Below, in pieces: positions 9,606 through 18,391 of a stretch of 64,000 nucleotides of DNA. This stretch comes from Candidatus Kaiserbacteria bacterium RIFCSPLOWO2_01_FULL_51_21 (GTDB lineage Bacteria > Patescibacteriota > Minisyncoccia > Phycocordibacterales > 2-01-FULL-51-21), in the NCBI GenBank assembly GCA_001781435.1, contig MFLV01000011.1:11268-75267 (forward strand), given 5' to 3'. Every line of letters begins with the position of its first letter. Within the stretch, counting starts at the first letter, position 1. A program made the position numbers and the translations under genes. The notes beneath the pieces are model-generated. The model saw only the letters and a program-made list of their open reading frames with translations, did not search any database and was not told the origin of the DNA.

Positions 9606-10028
9606 CTACTTCACATCGATCCCCATTGACCGGGCGGTACCGGCAATAATCTTAATCGCTTGTTCCATGTCGTTGGCGTTTAAGTCAGGCATTTTCTTTT
9701 CGGCAATTTGACGAAGTTGCTCTTTAGTGACCACTCCCGCCTTTACCGTCGGCGTCTTGCCGGAACCTTTTTCAATACCAAGCGCCTTGAGAAGAAGCCG
9801 CGAGGCGGGTGGAGTTTTTAAAATAAAATCGAATGTGCGATCCTCATAGACAGAAATTTCAACTGGCACGATATCGCCACCCATATTTTTGGTGCGTTCG
9901 TTGAACTTCGTCACAAACTCGCCGATGTTCACTCCTGCGGGACCGAGCGCCGTGCCGATCGGCGGCGCCGGAGTCGCTTTGCCCGCGGGCGCCTGAAGTT
10001 TGATTTTTTTGACTATTTTTTTGGCCAT
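9606..10028 (-). CDS. rplK: 50S ribosomal protein L11
   Basis: [21 protein letters not shown]...GTARSMGI. Confidence 0.99.
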   Translation of the reverse strand: MAKKIVKKIKLQAPAGKATPAPPIGTALGPAGVNIGEFVTKFNERTKNMGGDIVPVEISVYEDRTFDFILKTPPASRLLLKALGIEKGSGKTPTVKAGVVTKEQLRQIAEKKMPDLNANDMEQAIKIIAGTARSMGIDVK

Positions 10029-10035
10029 GAAATTA

Positions 10036-10130
10036 ACTTACAACTTACAACACACAACCTACAACAGAAGCAAACAAAACACAAATTAATTGCTTATCCC
10101 TGTTGTCAGTAGTAGGTTGTTGGTTGTGGG
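10036..10130. repeat. Inverted pair of 7-bp-period arrays (ACAACYT type)
   Basis: acttaca-acttaca-acacaca-acctaca ... tgttgtc-agtagta-ggttgtt-ggttgtg. Confidence 0.75.
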
Positions 10131-10135
10131 TCGAA

Positions 10136-10681
10136 TTAGATTTTTTTTACTTGTAAAAAATCTAGTTCGACCGGCGTTTCCCGCCCGAACATCGGCACGA
10201 GAACCTTTACCTTACCGCGCTCCTCGTCAATCTCTCCGATACGCCCCTCAAGATCTTTAAACGGCCCATCAACGATGATGACTGCGTCGTTTGGCGAAAG
10301 ATCGATGGTGTGTTTCACAATATCCTCTCCCATACGTCTGAAGAGCTCTTCTATTTCAGCTTTTTCAAGCGGTACTGGATGAACGCCGGAGCCGACAAAG
10401 CCGGTCACCCGCGGCGTGTTGCGGACCACATACCAAGAGTCGTCGGTTACCGTCATATCAACGAGTACGTAACCAGGGTAGATTTTTTCCTCTTCCATGA
10501 CCCGTTTGCCTCCCTTGATTTTTATTTTCTTTTCAGTCGGCACCACAACGCTGAAAATTTTGTCCTCCATGCCAAGCGACTCAATGCGCTGCTTCAAGTT
10601 TCGTGCAACCGCATTTTCATATCCCGCGTAGGTGTGGATGGCGTACCAGTTGCGCTCTGTATGTAATCCCTGTTTCGCCAT
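10136..10681 (-). CDS. nusG: Transcription termination/antitermination factor NusG
   Basis: WYAIHTYAGYE, PGYVLV, VRNTPRVTGF, DGPF, MFGRETPVEL. Confidence 0.99.
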   Translation of the reverse strand: MAKQGLHTERNWYAIHTYAGYENAVARNLKQRIESLGMEDKIFSVVVPTEKKIKIKGGKRVMEEEKIYPGYVLVDMTVTDDSWYVVRNTPRVTGFVGSGVHPVPLEKAEIEELFRRMGEDIVKHTIDLSPNDAVIIVDGPFKDLEGRIGEIDEERGKVKVLVPMFGRETPVELDFLQVKKI

Positions 10682-10686
10682 ATTTT

Positions 10687-10869
10687 CTATGCGCCGATAA
10701 TGAGCTTAAGAATCGTTGTAAAAAAGAAATCGAAGACGCCCAAGAAAAATGCGGTGAAAAGCGAGATGCCGATAACAAAGGCCGAGAGCACCAGCGCCTG
10801 CCGGCGGGTGGGCCAACTCACATGCTTGAGCTCTCCGCGTGTCTCCTTAAGATAATCCGTTATGCGCAT
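10687..10869 (-). CDS. secE: Preprotein translocase SecE
   Basis: ELKHVSWPTR plus one TM helix, upstream of nusG. Confidence 0.95.
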   Translation of the reverse strand: MRITDYLKETRGELKHVSWPTRRQALVLSAFVIGISLFTAFFLGVFDFFFTTILKLIIGA

Positions 10870-10942
10870 ATATTGGCAATTTTAAAAGCCCTCGCGGGCT
10901 TCGTATGGGGGCAGTATACACTACGGTCGGAAACGTGCAATC

Positions 10943-11074
10943 CCCGTACTAGATTTGGCATTGTCTCCCTGTTGCAACCGTCATCATAAGAGAGGACGAT
11001 GAACCGTGTTTCGAGCACAGCTGATTCAGCTGAACGAGAGAGACAAAGCAACTATGCCAAAATTCAGTGACGGG
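10943..11074 (-). ncRNA. Candidate structured RNA / fold-back element (long stem capped by three hairpins)
   Basis: Terminal pairing ccccgt/acgggg, tttggcat/atgccaaa, tgtctctct/agggagaca; G-U pairs favour the minus strand. Confidence 0.5.
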
Positions 11075-11181
11075 GCAAGCGGCAGAAAAATGAACGGCGC
11101 CGGGGTCGCGGCGCCGTTTTTTGCGTTGAGGACATTGAGGACTAGGCCTGCGCCGTCCTCCCGCCCGTAGGTTTCTTTTTC

Positions 11182-11499
11182 TTATTGTTCTCGTTGGACG
11201 ACCGGGGGAACGGCAGAGACCTTTCTGCCCGAGCCGTTCGTCCGAATTCCGGCGAGTGTGAAGGCCTGTGCATCAGTCTCGACGTGAAGCACACCAATCC
11301 TCCTCAGCTCCCTCTTGTCCCGAAGATGGTAGCACACCACCCTCACGGACTCTTCTTTCTTCACTACGCCCTCAACACGCAGAAGGTCGTGGGACGGGGT
11401 CTCGCCGATTAAGGTGTACTTGAAAGGCGAGAGTGAAAGATTCTGCTGTTCCGACTGGCGATGCTCCTTCTTCCAGTCTTTCCGGGTCTTCTTGGACAT
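11182..11499 (-). CDS. Hypothetical orphan protein
   Basis: 105-aa ORF with GGGAG SD and a downstream GC hairpin (aacggcgcc/ggcgccgtt, ~11093-11118). Confidence 0.6.
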   Translation of the reverse strand: MSKKTRKDWKKEHRQSEQQNLSLSPFKYTLIGETPSHDLLRVEGVVKKEESVRVVCYHLRDKRELRRIGVLHVETDAQAFTLAGIRTNGSGRKVSAVPPVVQREQ

Positions 11500-11609
11500 G
11501 TGCTTCTCCCGTAAAAGTTGTACGCGCCAAACGCTACGTGTACGCTATTTTTAACTATAGTACTTCGTAACGAAAAAGTCAAGGAATACCCCTTTAAAGC
11601 GAGCGGTCT

Positions 11610-12398
11610 TTATCTAATCTCGTAGGTAATGGAGACGTTCGAGACAATTTTATTCTCACCAACCGGCACTTCCGGCGCTATTCTATCCCCGCCCATACCA
11701 AGCCCTTCGGCCTTACCGTAGAAAATCGGGTAGGGCTGCTGCCCCGACTCGCTGAAGCTCACGATGCGAACCAAGGTAACATCGAGGTCTTTGGCTAGAG
11801 CCGCAGCTTTTTCCTTTGCGTCACTGATTGCTTTCTTGCGAGCCTCCTGCTGGAGAGCATCTTCATCGTCAATGGTAAAATCAAGTCCGCTCACGTTGGT
11901 GACACCGAACTCCCCGACTCCCGTGAGAAGCTCCCCGGCTTTTTTTGTGTTGCGCACCTTAACCGACAGCGTCTGATTCACGCGATATCCTTTGAGTATC
12001 TGCTTCCCGGGCGGACAACCGTACTGCGTACATACTTGGTTTTGGTACTCGTATTCCGGATAGACTGAATAGTTCACGGTCTTAAGATCTCTCTCCTCCA
12101 CCCCCTGGGCTTTAAGATAGCTAATGACTTTATTGATTTTGCCTGTCGCAACTTCCTGTGCCTCCGCAACCGTGGCTTTCAGTTCATCGACGGAAACCAT
12201 AAAGGTCGCTATGTCCGGCACCGCAAATACCTCGCCCTCGCCGTTAACCGAAATGGTATTGGAGATTGGCACACCTCCGCCGATAAAACGGTAGCCTTTA
12301 AGCTCAGTAACCGTCTTTGAAAGCACAAAAAGGGAAAGTAGCCCGACGAGCAAAAGAACTGCGGCAGACATGTAGGAACGATTGAGCAAGTCTTGCAT
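11610..12398 (-). CDS. SIMPL (DUF541/BP26) domain protein
   Basis: N-terminal TM; TISVNGEGEVFAVPD, AISDAKEKA, VSITYEI. Confidence 0.92.
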   Translation of the reverse strand: MQDLLNRSYMSAAVLLLVGLLSLFVLSKTVTELKGYRFIGGGVPISNTISVNGEGEVFAVPDIATFMVSVDELKATVAEAQEVATGKINKVISYLKAQGVEERDLKTVNYSVYPEYEYQNQVCTQYGCPPGKQILKGYRVNQTLSVKVRNTKKAGELLTGVGEFGVTNVSGLDFTIDDEDALQQEARKKAISDAKEKAAALAKDLDVTLVRIVSFSESGQQPYPIFYGKAEGLGMGGDRIAPEVPVGENKIVSNVSITYEIR

Positions 12399-12514
12399 AG
12401 TAGCGAATGCGAGTAGTTATCGGTTACTAATACTATTAAAAAAGCAGTATACCCTGTAGTAGATTTTTCGCAAGAAAAACTCACTACAGGGTATACCCGA
12501 AGAGCCCATGGGTT

Positions 12515-13159
12515 CTAATTAAGGGTATCAGCAAGCTTGTGGTTAACGTCGCGGTGATGCATCTCGTCGTTGCGGGTCGCAATAATGACTTCCCTGAGGC
12601 GCGCGGCAGGAGCAAGAGACCAATAGCGGATAGCGAGTGCGGGAGCAGGGATGTTTTTTCGCTCATTCGCCTCCACTTCCGCCAAATACTCGCTATAGCT
12701 GTGGACCGCGGCCTCTTCGAGATATCCGGCGAGACGATGAGCCGTGTGCGGAGAAAAAAGATAGATGCAGAAATAGCTCAAACCAAACACCCATTGCGCG
12801 ACAAATATCAGCAAACGCTCCAGAGACGTCGGCTGAGCGATATGAATAAACACCATCAAATGCATCCGCTCGTTTTCAGCCTCCGCAAGGAGGGTGCGTA
12901 TCCATCCACCATCGTCGCGAAGGTGGCGAAGCGCCTTGAAATGCTGCATCATCCCGCCGACCATCCCCGGCACCGCCGCAACCGTCTCAAGCACCACGGC
13001 ACGGTGTCCGTACCGCTCTCGAAAAAATGTATCCGCAACCCACAGGGCGAATCGCACCAGCCCATAGGCAACCGTGTCACGGAGACCGTGGGGTTTGTAG
13101 TGAAAGAAGAGCTGGTGCTCTGACACTATTATATTGTCCGGGGTAGCGTGTAGATGCAT
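12515..13159 (-). CDS. aox: Alternative oxidase (di-iron ubiquinol oxidase family)
   Basis: LETVAAVPGMV, EAENERMHL, GYLEEAAVHSY, RNDEMHHRDVNH. Confidence 0.95.
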   Translation of the reverse strand: MHLHATPDNIIVSEHQLFFHYKPHGLRDTVAYGLVRFALWVADTFFRERYGHRAVVLETVAAVPGMVGGMMQHFKALRHLRDDGGWIRTLLAEAENERMHLMVFIHIAQPTSLERLLIFVAQWVFGLSYFCIYLFSPHTAHRLAGYLEEAAVHSYSEYLAEVEANERKNIPAPALAIRYWSLAPAARLREVIIATRNDEMHHRDVNHKLADTLN

Positions 13160-13193
13160 AGATTATGCCTTGAAGAGAGTATAGCAAACAGCC

Positions 13194-13919
13194 CTAGAAA
13201 TGGGCGAGCTGAATCGCCGCAAACAGTACGCCAACTCCGAGAACGGTCATGAAGGTGGTAAGAATTTTCGGGTGAGCATGGTGACTTTCAGGTATAAGGT
13301 CACTCGCGCCGATGTAGAGAAAGAATCCTGTAAAGAGTGCGAGGATGATGCTTAGATATTTTTCCGGCAGGGTAAAAAAAAGAGTTGAGCCCGCGCCAAG
13401 AACCGGCGTAACTGCGTCCACCAAGAGCCAGCGAAATGCACTGCTACGGCGTCCTGCGTTTTTGAGAACTAAATTGACCGTGTTGATGCCGTCGGAGAAG
13501 TCGTGGACAAGAACTGCGGCTGTTACTACTGCGCCAATCGCCGCAGAGACTTGGAATGCCAGGCCAATTGCCACACCGTCGAGGAAGCTATGGAAACAGA
13601 GGCTCCCCGCTCCAAGAATCCCGCGGTGAGTCGAGGCGTGCTCAACCCCCTCTTCCCCACTGTGGGAATGAAAAAAAATTGTTCTATCAAGTAAAAGATA
13701 GAGGAGAAAACCAACGGTAACAAACTGTGTGACGGTTGCGACGTCAAAAAATTGCTGTCCAAGCTCAATCGATTCTGGCAGTAAATCGAAAAAGGCAACG
13801 CCAATGACCGCTCCGGCGCTAAATCCCAAAATCAAGTGCAACTTGTCGCGGAAACGAAGCGCAAAAAGACCGCCGACGAGTGTTGAGACAAACGCAGCAA
13901 AAGCAATGGCAAGTATCAT
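13194..13919 (-). CDS. ZIP-family metal transporter
   Basis: GFSAGA, LLPES, HSH loop, HSFLDG, HDFSDG, LIPE; start moved downstream of tRNA-His. Confidence 0.92.
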   Translation of the reverse strand: MILAIAFAAFVSTLVGGLFALRFRDKLHLILGFSAGAVIGVAFFDLLPESIELGQQFFDVATVTQFVTVGFLLYLLLDRTIFFHSHSGEEGVEHASTHRGILGAGSLCFHSFLDGVAIGLAFQVSAAIGAVVTAAVLVHDFSDGINTVNLVLKNAGRRSSAFRWLLVDAVTPVLGAGSTLFFTLPEKYLSIILALFTGFFLYIGASDLIPESHHAHPKILTTFMTVLGVGVLFAAIQLAHF

Positions 13920-13949
13920 ACGAATGTAAGTTAGCGAGTACTTTTTTTG

Positions 13950-14022
13950 GGTGCCTACTGGGATTCGAACCCAGTCTGGCTCCTCCACAGGGAGCAGTGC
14001 TGACCATTACACCATAGGCACC
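13950..14022 (-). tRNA. tRNA-His(GUG)
   Basis: Cloverleaf with G-1, anticodon loop CTGTGGA, T loop GTTCGAATC. Confidence 0.95.
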
Positions 14023-14068
14023 ATCTGTTCAAACTAACAAAGTCTGGATAGGCCAATCGTGTTAGTTT

Positions 14069-14155
14069 TGGTGCGCGGGAGAGGATTTGAACCTCCAAGC
14101 CCTTACGGGCACCACCACCTCAAGATGGCGTGTCTACCGATTTCACCACCCGCGC
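14069..14155 (-). tRNA. tRNA-Leu(GAG)
   Basis: Long variable arm, anticodon loop TTGAGGT, encoded CCA. Confidence 0.95.
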
Positions 14156-14814
14156 GCATTTTTGTCAAGTTTAAGCGCTTTATATATCTTTTCCTTCTTC
14201 CGCGCTAGACAGACAGCGGTATCGCTATAATACATTTTTTTAATAATTTTCAAAGACTCTTTCTTAGCATACTTAAGCTGGTAGGTAGAACCTTTACCGT
14301 CCTTTGTAATATGCCCTATTACTTCTGACCTCACCCGGAGCGATTGCCGGATCCAATCAATAAAACTCTTACTTGCAGAAGCTAACTGTAAGTAGTACAT
14401 GAAACTTGAACGCCACCGTGGATCCCAATAAGAATAAAAAGATCCGTCACCGTCAAAACATCCGCGCAGAAAATCAAAAAAATACTGCTGAGGAACATCG
14501 ACTGCTCCAATGGTCTTTGACTTGGCAGGCGTTAATCCAATACCAAGTAGAAACTGATAAAACAAAATATCCCCGAATTGAACACGGAAGTAATCTCGTT
14601 TTTTATGTCCACTGGAGTGTTTGGCCAATTTAGAGTCAAGACCGAGACAATGTTTGAATGTTTTAAGCTGTTCAATGTCTTTTGACACAAGAACGATATG
14701 GTATCCATCAATTGAAAGACACCCATCGGTCGCAATAAGTCCAATTGCATAGGCAAATTCCGGCGACCATTTAATTTTTACTTTTCCCTTTGGCTTTACC
14801 CCTCTTGCTCCCAC
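14143..14814 (-). CDS. Free-standing double-motif LAGLIDADG endonuclease-like protein
   Basis: YAIGLIATDG and FLRGCFDGDGS motifs; more AT-rich than flanks. Confidence 0.88.
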   Translation of the reverse strand: MGARGVKPKGKVKIKWSPEFAYAIGLIATDGCLSIDGYHIVLVSKDIEQLKTFKHCLGLDSKLAKHSSGHKKRDYFRVQFGDILFYQFLLGIGLTPAKSKTIGAVDVPQQYFFDFLRGCFDGDGSFYSYWDPRWRSSFMYYLQLASASKSFIDWIRQSLRVRSEVIGHITKDGKGSTYQLKYAKKESLKIIKKMYYSDTAVCLARKKEKIYKALKLDKNARGW

Positions 14815-14904
14815 ATATCTATTTTACCTCAAGGCCATAGCGTATACCAAATAAATTATACACGAAATCCTCGTTGGCTTGAGAGGTCTTAGCAATCACT
14901 TTTC

Positions 14905-15357
14905 CTATACCGCCGCTACTTCTGCGGGAGATTCTTTATTGTCAGGGGTTTTTAAAACTACCTGTTGCGACCGGCGCATTTGTTTGCGGATTTCTTTTGC
15001 CGCTTTGTTGCGAATATAGTAGAGCTTCGCGCGCCGCACGCGGCTCCGAGACACCTTTTCAATCTTATCGATTGCCGGAGAATAGAGCGGAAATACCCGT
15101 TCAACTCCTACCCCATCAATAACCCGACGTATGGTAAATGTCGCGCCTGCCTCACTGCCATGCTTGCGTGCAAGCACGAGCCCCTCAAATGCCTGGAGGC
15201 GCGCATTCTTCGTCGTTACCTCTTTTTTGTTGGCAGCTTTGGTGTGTTTCAATTCCTCAATTTTTTGCCACACACGCACGGTGTCGCCGGGGCGAACATC
15301 GAGTTTTTTGCGCTCTTCCATATTTACCGGAGAGATTTTGATTTCTGGCATTTTCAT
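14905..15357 (-). CDS. rplS: 50S ribosomal protein L19
   Basis: [38 protein letters not shown]. Confidence 0.98.
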   Translation of the reverse strand: MKMPEIKISPVNMEERKKLDVRPGDTVRVWQKIEELKHTKAANKKEVTTKNARLQAFEGLVLARKHGSEAGATFTIRRVIDGVGVERVFPLYSPAIDKIEKVSRSRVRRAKLYYIRNKAAKEIRKQMRRSQQVVLKTPDNKESPAEVAAV

Positions 15358-15425
15358 GACGCGAATACTCTAACACGAGCATCACCGCTCCGCAAGAATC
15401 TTTGGTAATGTGCAAGCACATATGG

Positions 15426-15484
15426 CGGTTGACGTTGACATTCCACCTGCCGTCATTGCGATTCGCGTTGACAACCGAGACGTT
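15426..15484 (-). repeat. DGR template repeat (TR), 3'-truncated
   Basis: 59 nt matching 15780-15838 at all non-A positions; 12 differences, all at TR adenines; AAC/AAT-rich. Confidence 0.93.
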
Positions 15485-15661
15485 TGCGTGCCTCGCGCCA
15501 CCCATACCACCATCCATTGAATTCTCTCCGGATTGTATCGGATTCGGAGTCGGAACTCCTTAGTGTGCGGCACCAACTCGTTTCTTTTTTACGGGATTTG
15601 CACCCGAAACCTCGCCACCCGAAGCTTGCGCCGCGGATGCCAGCGTGTTCACATAAAAATA

Positions 15662-15695
15662 TACCTCTCCTTTCGCCGAAGCGAAAGGAGAGGTA
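15662..15695. promoter_or_regulatory. Perfect 15-bp hairpin just downstream of VR (DGR cis hairpin and/or terminator)
   Basis: TACCTCTCCTTTCGC-CGAA-GCGAAAGGAGAGGTA. Confidence 0.8.
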
Positions 15696-15706
15696 GTGAC
15701 CAAGGG

Positions 15707-16417
15707 TCACAGAGTCGCAGCGTCCGAGTTGCGGACAAAGAGGCGGTAGTCGGCATCCCAGCGATAGCCGTAGTCGAGCCGGTAGACGTCGACATCCCAC
15801 CCGCCGTCACGGCGACCCGCGAAGACAACCGAGACGAGATCGTTCTTGTCGATGACGAAAAAGAAGTTCGCCCAGCTATCGGTACGCAGACCGACATTCG
15901 TGCCCTTCTCTTGGCGCTCGATGAGCGATTCGATTTGGGGCAAAGCGAAAACGTGGTTTCGTTCGACGAGGAACGAAACCAGTTCGCCGACGTCTCGTGT
16001 CGAGACCTTAAGGACGGCTTGCGCCATCTCAATGAAGGTCAGCTCTTGGCCCAGTGCATAGATTGAGGCCGGGCTGGGAACTTCTGCTCCCTGTTTGGTC
16101 GACAGCCAGCGATCGATGTTGCCGTCGCGATAGCCGTAGAGGTTTTCGCGGAAGCAGTCCTCCGTCTTCTTTTCGGCGGTTGCCGGAAGTTGCACCAGTC
16201 CCCCGATGCGGTTGAGCACCGCGGCAGGAGGAGCGGTGGAAACGGAGTGCGGCTCGGGCACCACCCTATTGAAGCGCCCCTCGATTGCGTCTTGCAGATA
16301 CGCCTTTAGCTCTTCTGGGTTGAACGGATAGCCGTTCGGCTGCCGTAACTGCCTTCCAAGCTCGAAGAGCTGGCCGGTGATGGATTCGTACAAATCGCCT
16401 GCGACCTGTGCGGCCAT
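15707..16417 (-). CDS. DGR target protein with C-terminal variable repeat (VR ~15707-15838)
   Basis: C-terminus VSVVFAGRRDGGWDVDVYRLDYGYRWDADYRLFVRNS matches the TR; AAAGGAG SD before ATG 16417. Confidence 0.9.
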   Translation of the reverse strand: MAAQVAGDLYESITGQLFELGRQLRQPNGYPFNPEELKAYLQDAIEGRFNRVVPEPHSVSTAPPAAVLNRIGGLVQLPATAEKKTEDCFRENLYGYRDGNIDRWLSTKQGAEVPSPASIYALGQELTFIEMAQAVLKVSTRDVGELVSFLVERNHVFALPQIESLIERQEKGTNVGLRTDSWANFFFVIDKNDLVSVVFAGRRDGGWDVDVYRLDYGYRWDADYRLFVRNSDAATL

Positions 16418-16513
16418 GACGATATCTCCTTTAGTTTGAAAAGAGCTGTCCCGGGGAGCGGAAACCCACACCCGTCAGCTGAATATAATTATACATCACT
16501 GGACGCCATATTG

Positions 16514-17272
16514 TCAAGCTGTCGTCTGGGTAAGTATTTTTTCGGCTTTTTCGAAATCTTCCGGAAGCGGTGTCTCAAGTTTTATGCGGGCGCCGGAGGG
16601 CAAGCTAAGTTCGAGCGAAAGGGCATGGAGTGCGAGGCGAGTAAACCCGAGCGCACAGGGGCGATTTGGCGCGTAGAGCTTATCACAGACAATTGGATGC
16701 CGAAGTGCTTTAAAGTGCACGCGGATTTGATGGGTACGGCCGGATTTGGGAGAAACTTCAACAAACGAAAACTGCGGCGTCGAAGAAAGCACGCGATACT
16801 CGGTCACCGCTTCACGCAAGGTACCGCGTGCATCGCGCTCGGCGGACCAGAGCGGAAAATCCTTGCGGCTTTTGCCGATGGGAAGATTGATTGTCCCCTG
16901 TTTTTCAGGAAGCGCGCCGTATACAAACGCATTGTAGATTTTTTTGACGCGGCGGTTTTTGAACTCGTTTTTGAGATACTCAAATGCTTTCTGATTTTTC
17001 GCAAGAATCATGATGCCCGAAGTGTCGCGGTCAAGCCGATGCACGATGCCCGGCCTCAAGATTTCACGTCCATCAGAAAGAGAGCCACGCTCACCGATTT
17101 CCGCGAGCGCCGGATAGCGCCGTAAAATCCAGTCCACAAGAGTAGGTTCCTCTGTCTTCCCCCCTGCATGAACCGCAAGACCACTCGACTTATTGACCGC
17201 GAGCACATCAGCGTCTTCGTAGACAACCGTGACATCACTTTCCGAAATTTCGTTTGCGTTTTGAGAATTCAT
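16514..17272 (-). CDS. RluA-family pseudouridine synthase
   Basis: VNKSSGLAVH, RPGIVHRLDRDTSG, GRTHQIRVH, LALHA. Confidence 0.95.
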   Translation of the reverse strand: MNSQNANEISESDVTVVYEDADVLAVNKSSGLAVHAGGKTEEPTLVDWILRRYPALAEIGERGSLSDGREILRPGIVHRLDRDTSGIMILAKNQKAFEYLKNEFKNRRVKKIYNAFVYGALPEKQGTINLPIGKSRKDFPLWSAERDARGTLREAVTEYRVLSSTPQFSFVEVSPKSGRTHQIRVHFKALRHPIVCDKLYAPNRPCALGFTRLALHALSLELSLPSGARIKLETPLPEDFEKAEKILTQTTA

Positions 17273-17933
17273 CAAGTATGGCAAAAAATTCTTGCTTGCT
17301 GAACGCCGGCCAGTAGGTTTTGGTGAAAAAAAGTTCGCTGTAAACACTTTGCCACGGCAAGAACCCCGAGAGACGCTGTTCCCCGCCGGTGCGGATGATA
17401 ATGTCCGGGTCCGGCATTGGGTAAGTGAATAAATTCTTTGCAATAAGTGCTTCCGTGATTTCTTCCGGTTCCAGCTGTTGAGCAACAATCCGCTGTACGG
17501 TTCTCACAATTTCAACACGTCCTCCGTAGGCAAGTGCGATATAAAAGTGGATCCCCTCGTTATCCATTGTTTCCGCCTCCGTCTTTGTTATCAACTTCTG
17601 GATATCGAGAGGCAAGAGAGCCAAATCGCCGACACATTTAAGAACGCCCCCTTCCTTTTTAAAATCCGTCATGAAGTCCCGGAGTGACAAACGAATCAGC
17701 TTAAAGAGGTGGGAAACTTCTTCCTCTGTCCGTTTAAGGTTTTCCGTAGAGAGTGCGTATACAATAAGATTTTTTACTCCAACTTCCTTTGCCCACCGAA
17801 TCACCTCTCTGACTTTATCGAGGCCCGCTCGATGCCCTTCAAGCTGCGGGAGATTGCGCTCACGCGCAAAACGACGATTGCCGTCCATAATAATGCCGAC
17901 GCAGGCCGGCGCATTTGCGGTGGTTGTGGTCAT
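17235..17933 (-). CDS. uppS: Undecaprenyl/isoprenyl diphosphate synthase
   Basis: IIMDGNRRFA, GHRAG, STENLKR, YGGR, IIRTGGEQRLSGFLPWQ. Confidence 0.97.
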   Translation of the reverse strand: MTTTTANAPACVGIIMDGNRRFARERNLPQLEGHRAGLDKVREVIRWAKEVGVKNLIVYALSTENLKRTEEEVSHLFKLIRLSLRDFMTDFKKEGGVLKCVGDLALLPLDIQKLITKTEAETMDNEGIHFYIALAYGGRVEIVRTVQRIVAQQLEPEEITEALIAKNLFTYPMPDPDIIIRTGGEQRLSGFLPWQSVYSELFFTKTYWPAFSKQEFFAILDEFSKRKRNFGK

Positions 17934-17935
17934 TG

Positions 17936-18214
17936 TCAGTACACAATACTAAAACCCTCGTATGCTGTCGTCGGTTTCCTCCACACAACGACGATATCCT
18001 TTACATTCGCGAGAATCGGTCCTCTTTTAAGATCTTTCAACAATAGTTCAAGCTTTTCGCGCGTACCTTGTGCGATAATGTGCACCGACCCGTCGAGGAG
18101 ATTTTCCACTGTTCCAACAATGCCAAACCGCCGCGCATGCCGCAGAGCAAAATCCCGATACATCACAAGCTGGACTCGTCCCGTTACAAGGCACTCAATC
18201 TCCTCAATCATCAA
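17936..18214 (-). CDS. acyP: Acylphosphatase
   Basis: VTGRVQLVMYR, GTVENLLDGSV, GP, FSI. Confidence 0.9.
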   Translation of the reverse strand: MMIEEIECLVTGRVQLVMYRDFALRHARRFGIVGTVENLLDGSVHIIAQGTREKLELLLKDLKRGPILANVKDIVVVWRKPTTAYEGFSIVY

Positions 18215-18297
18215 TCATCCTATTGAAACACAGCAAAACATAGGAAAGAAACGATTTTGATACACGCTGTAGGATTCGGACGGTCTTCGGTTTTCTG

Positions 18298-18370
18298 TGG
18301 GCGGTGCAAGACTCGAACTTGCGACCTACCCGGTGTAAACGGGTTGCTCTACCAACTGAGCTAACCGCCC
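18298..18370 (-). tRNA. tRNA-Val(UAC)
   Basis: GGGCGGTTAGCTCAGTTGGTAGAGC...TTTACAC...GTTCGAGTC; no encoded CCA. Confidence 0.95.
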
Positions 18371-18391
18371 ACAGAAAACCGAACGCTACTT

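Noticed and set aside
10943-11074. SRP RNA, hammerhead ribozyme or tRNA-Trp upstream of secE
   Set aside because: No SRP domain-IV motif, no CUGAUGA core and no cloverleaf; kept only as an unnamed candidate.
13920-13988. N-terminal extension of the ZIP transporter in the ORF track
   Set aside because: It overlaps tRNA-His; the ATG at 13919 is more plausible.
15485-15660. Possible avd or RT remnant between VR and TR
   Set aside because: No convincing Avd or RT motif in any frame; only short TCCGA-type repeats.
16436-17488. Plus-strand 229-aa ORF and the long N-terminal extension of rluA
   Set aside because: The first is an antisense shadow and the second overlaps uppS; the start was moved to 17272.
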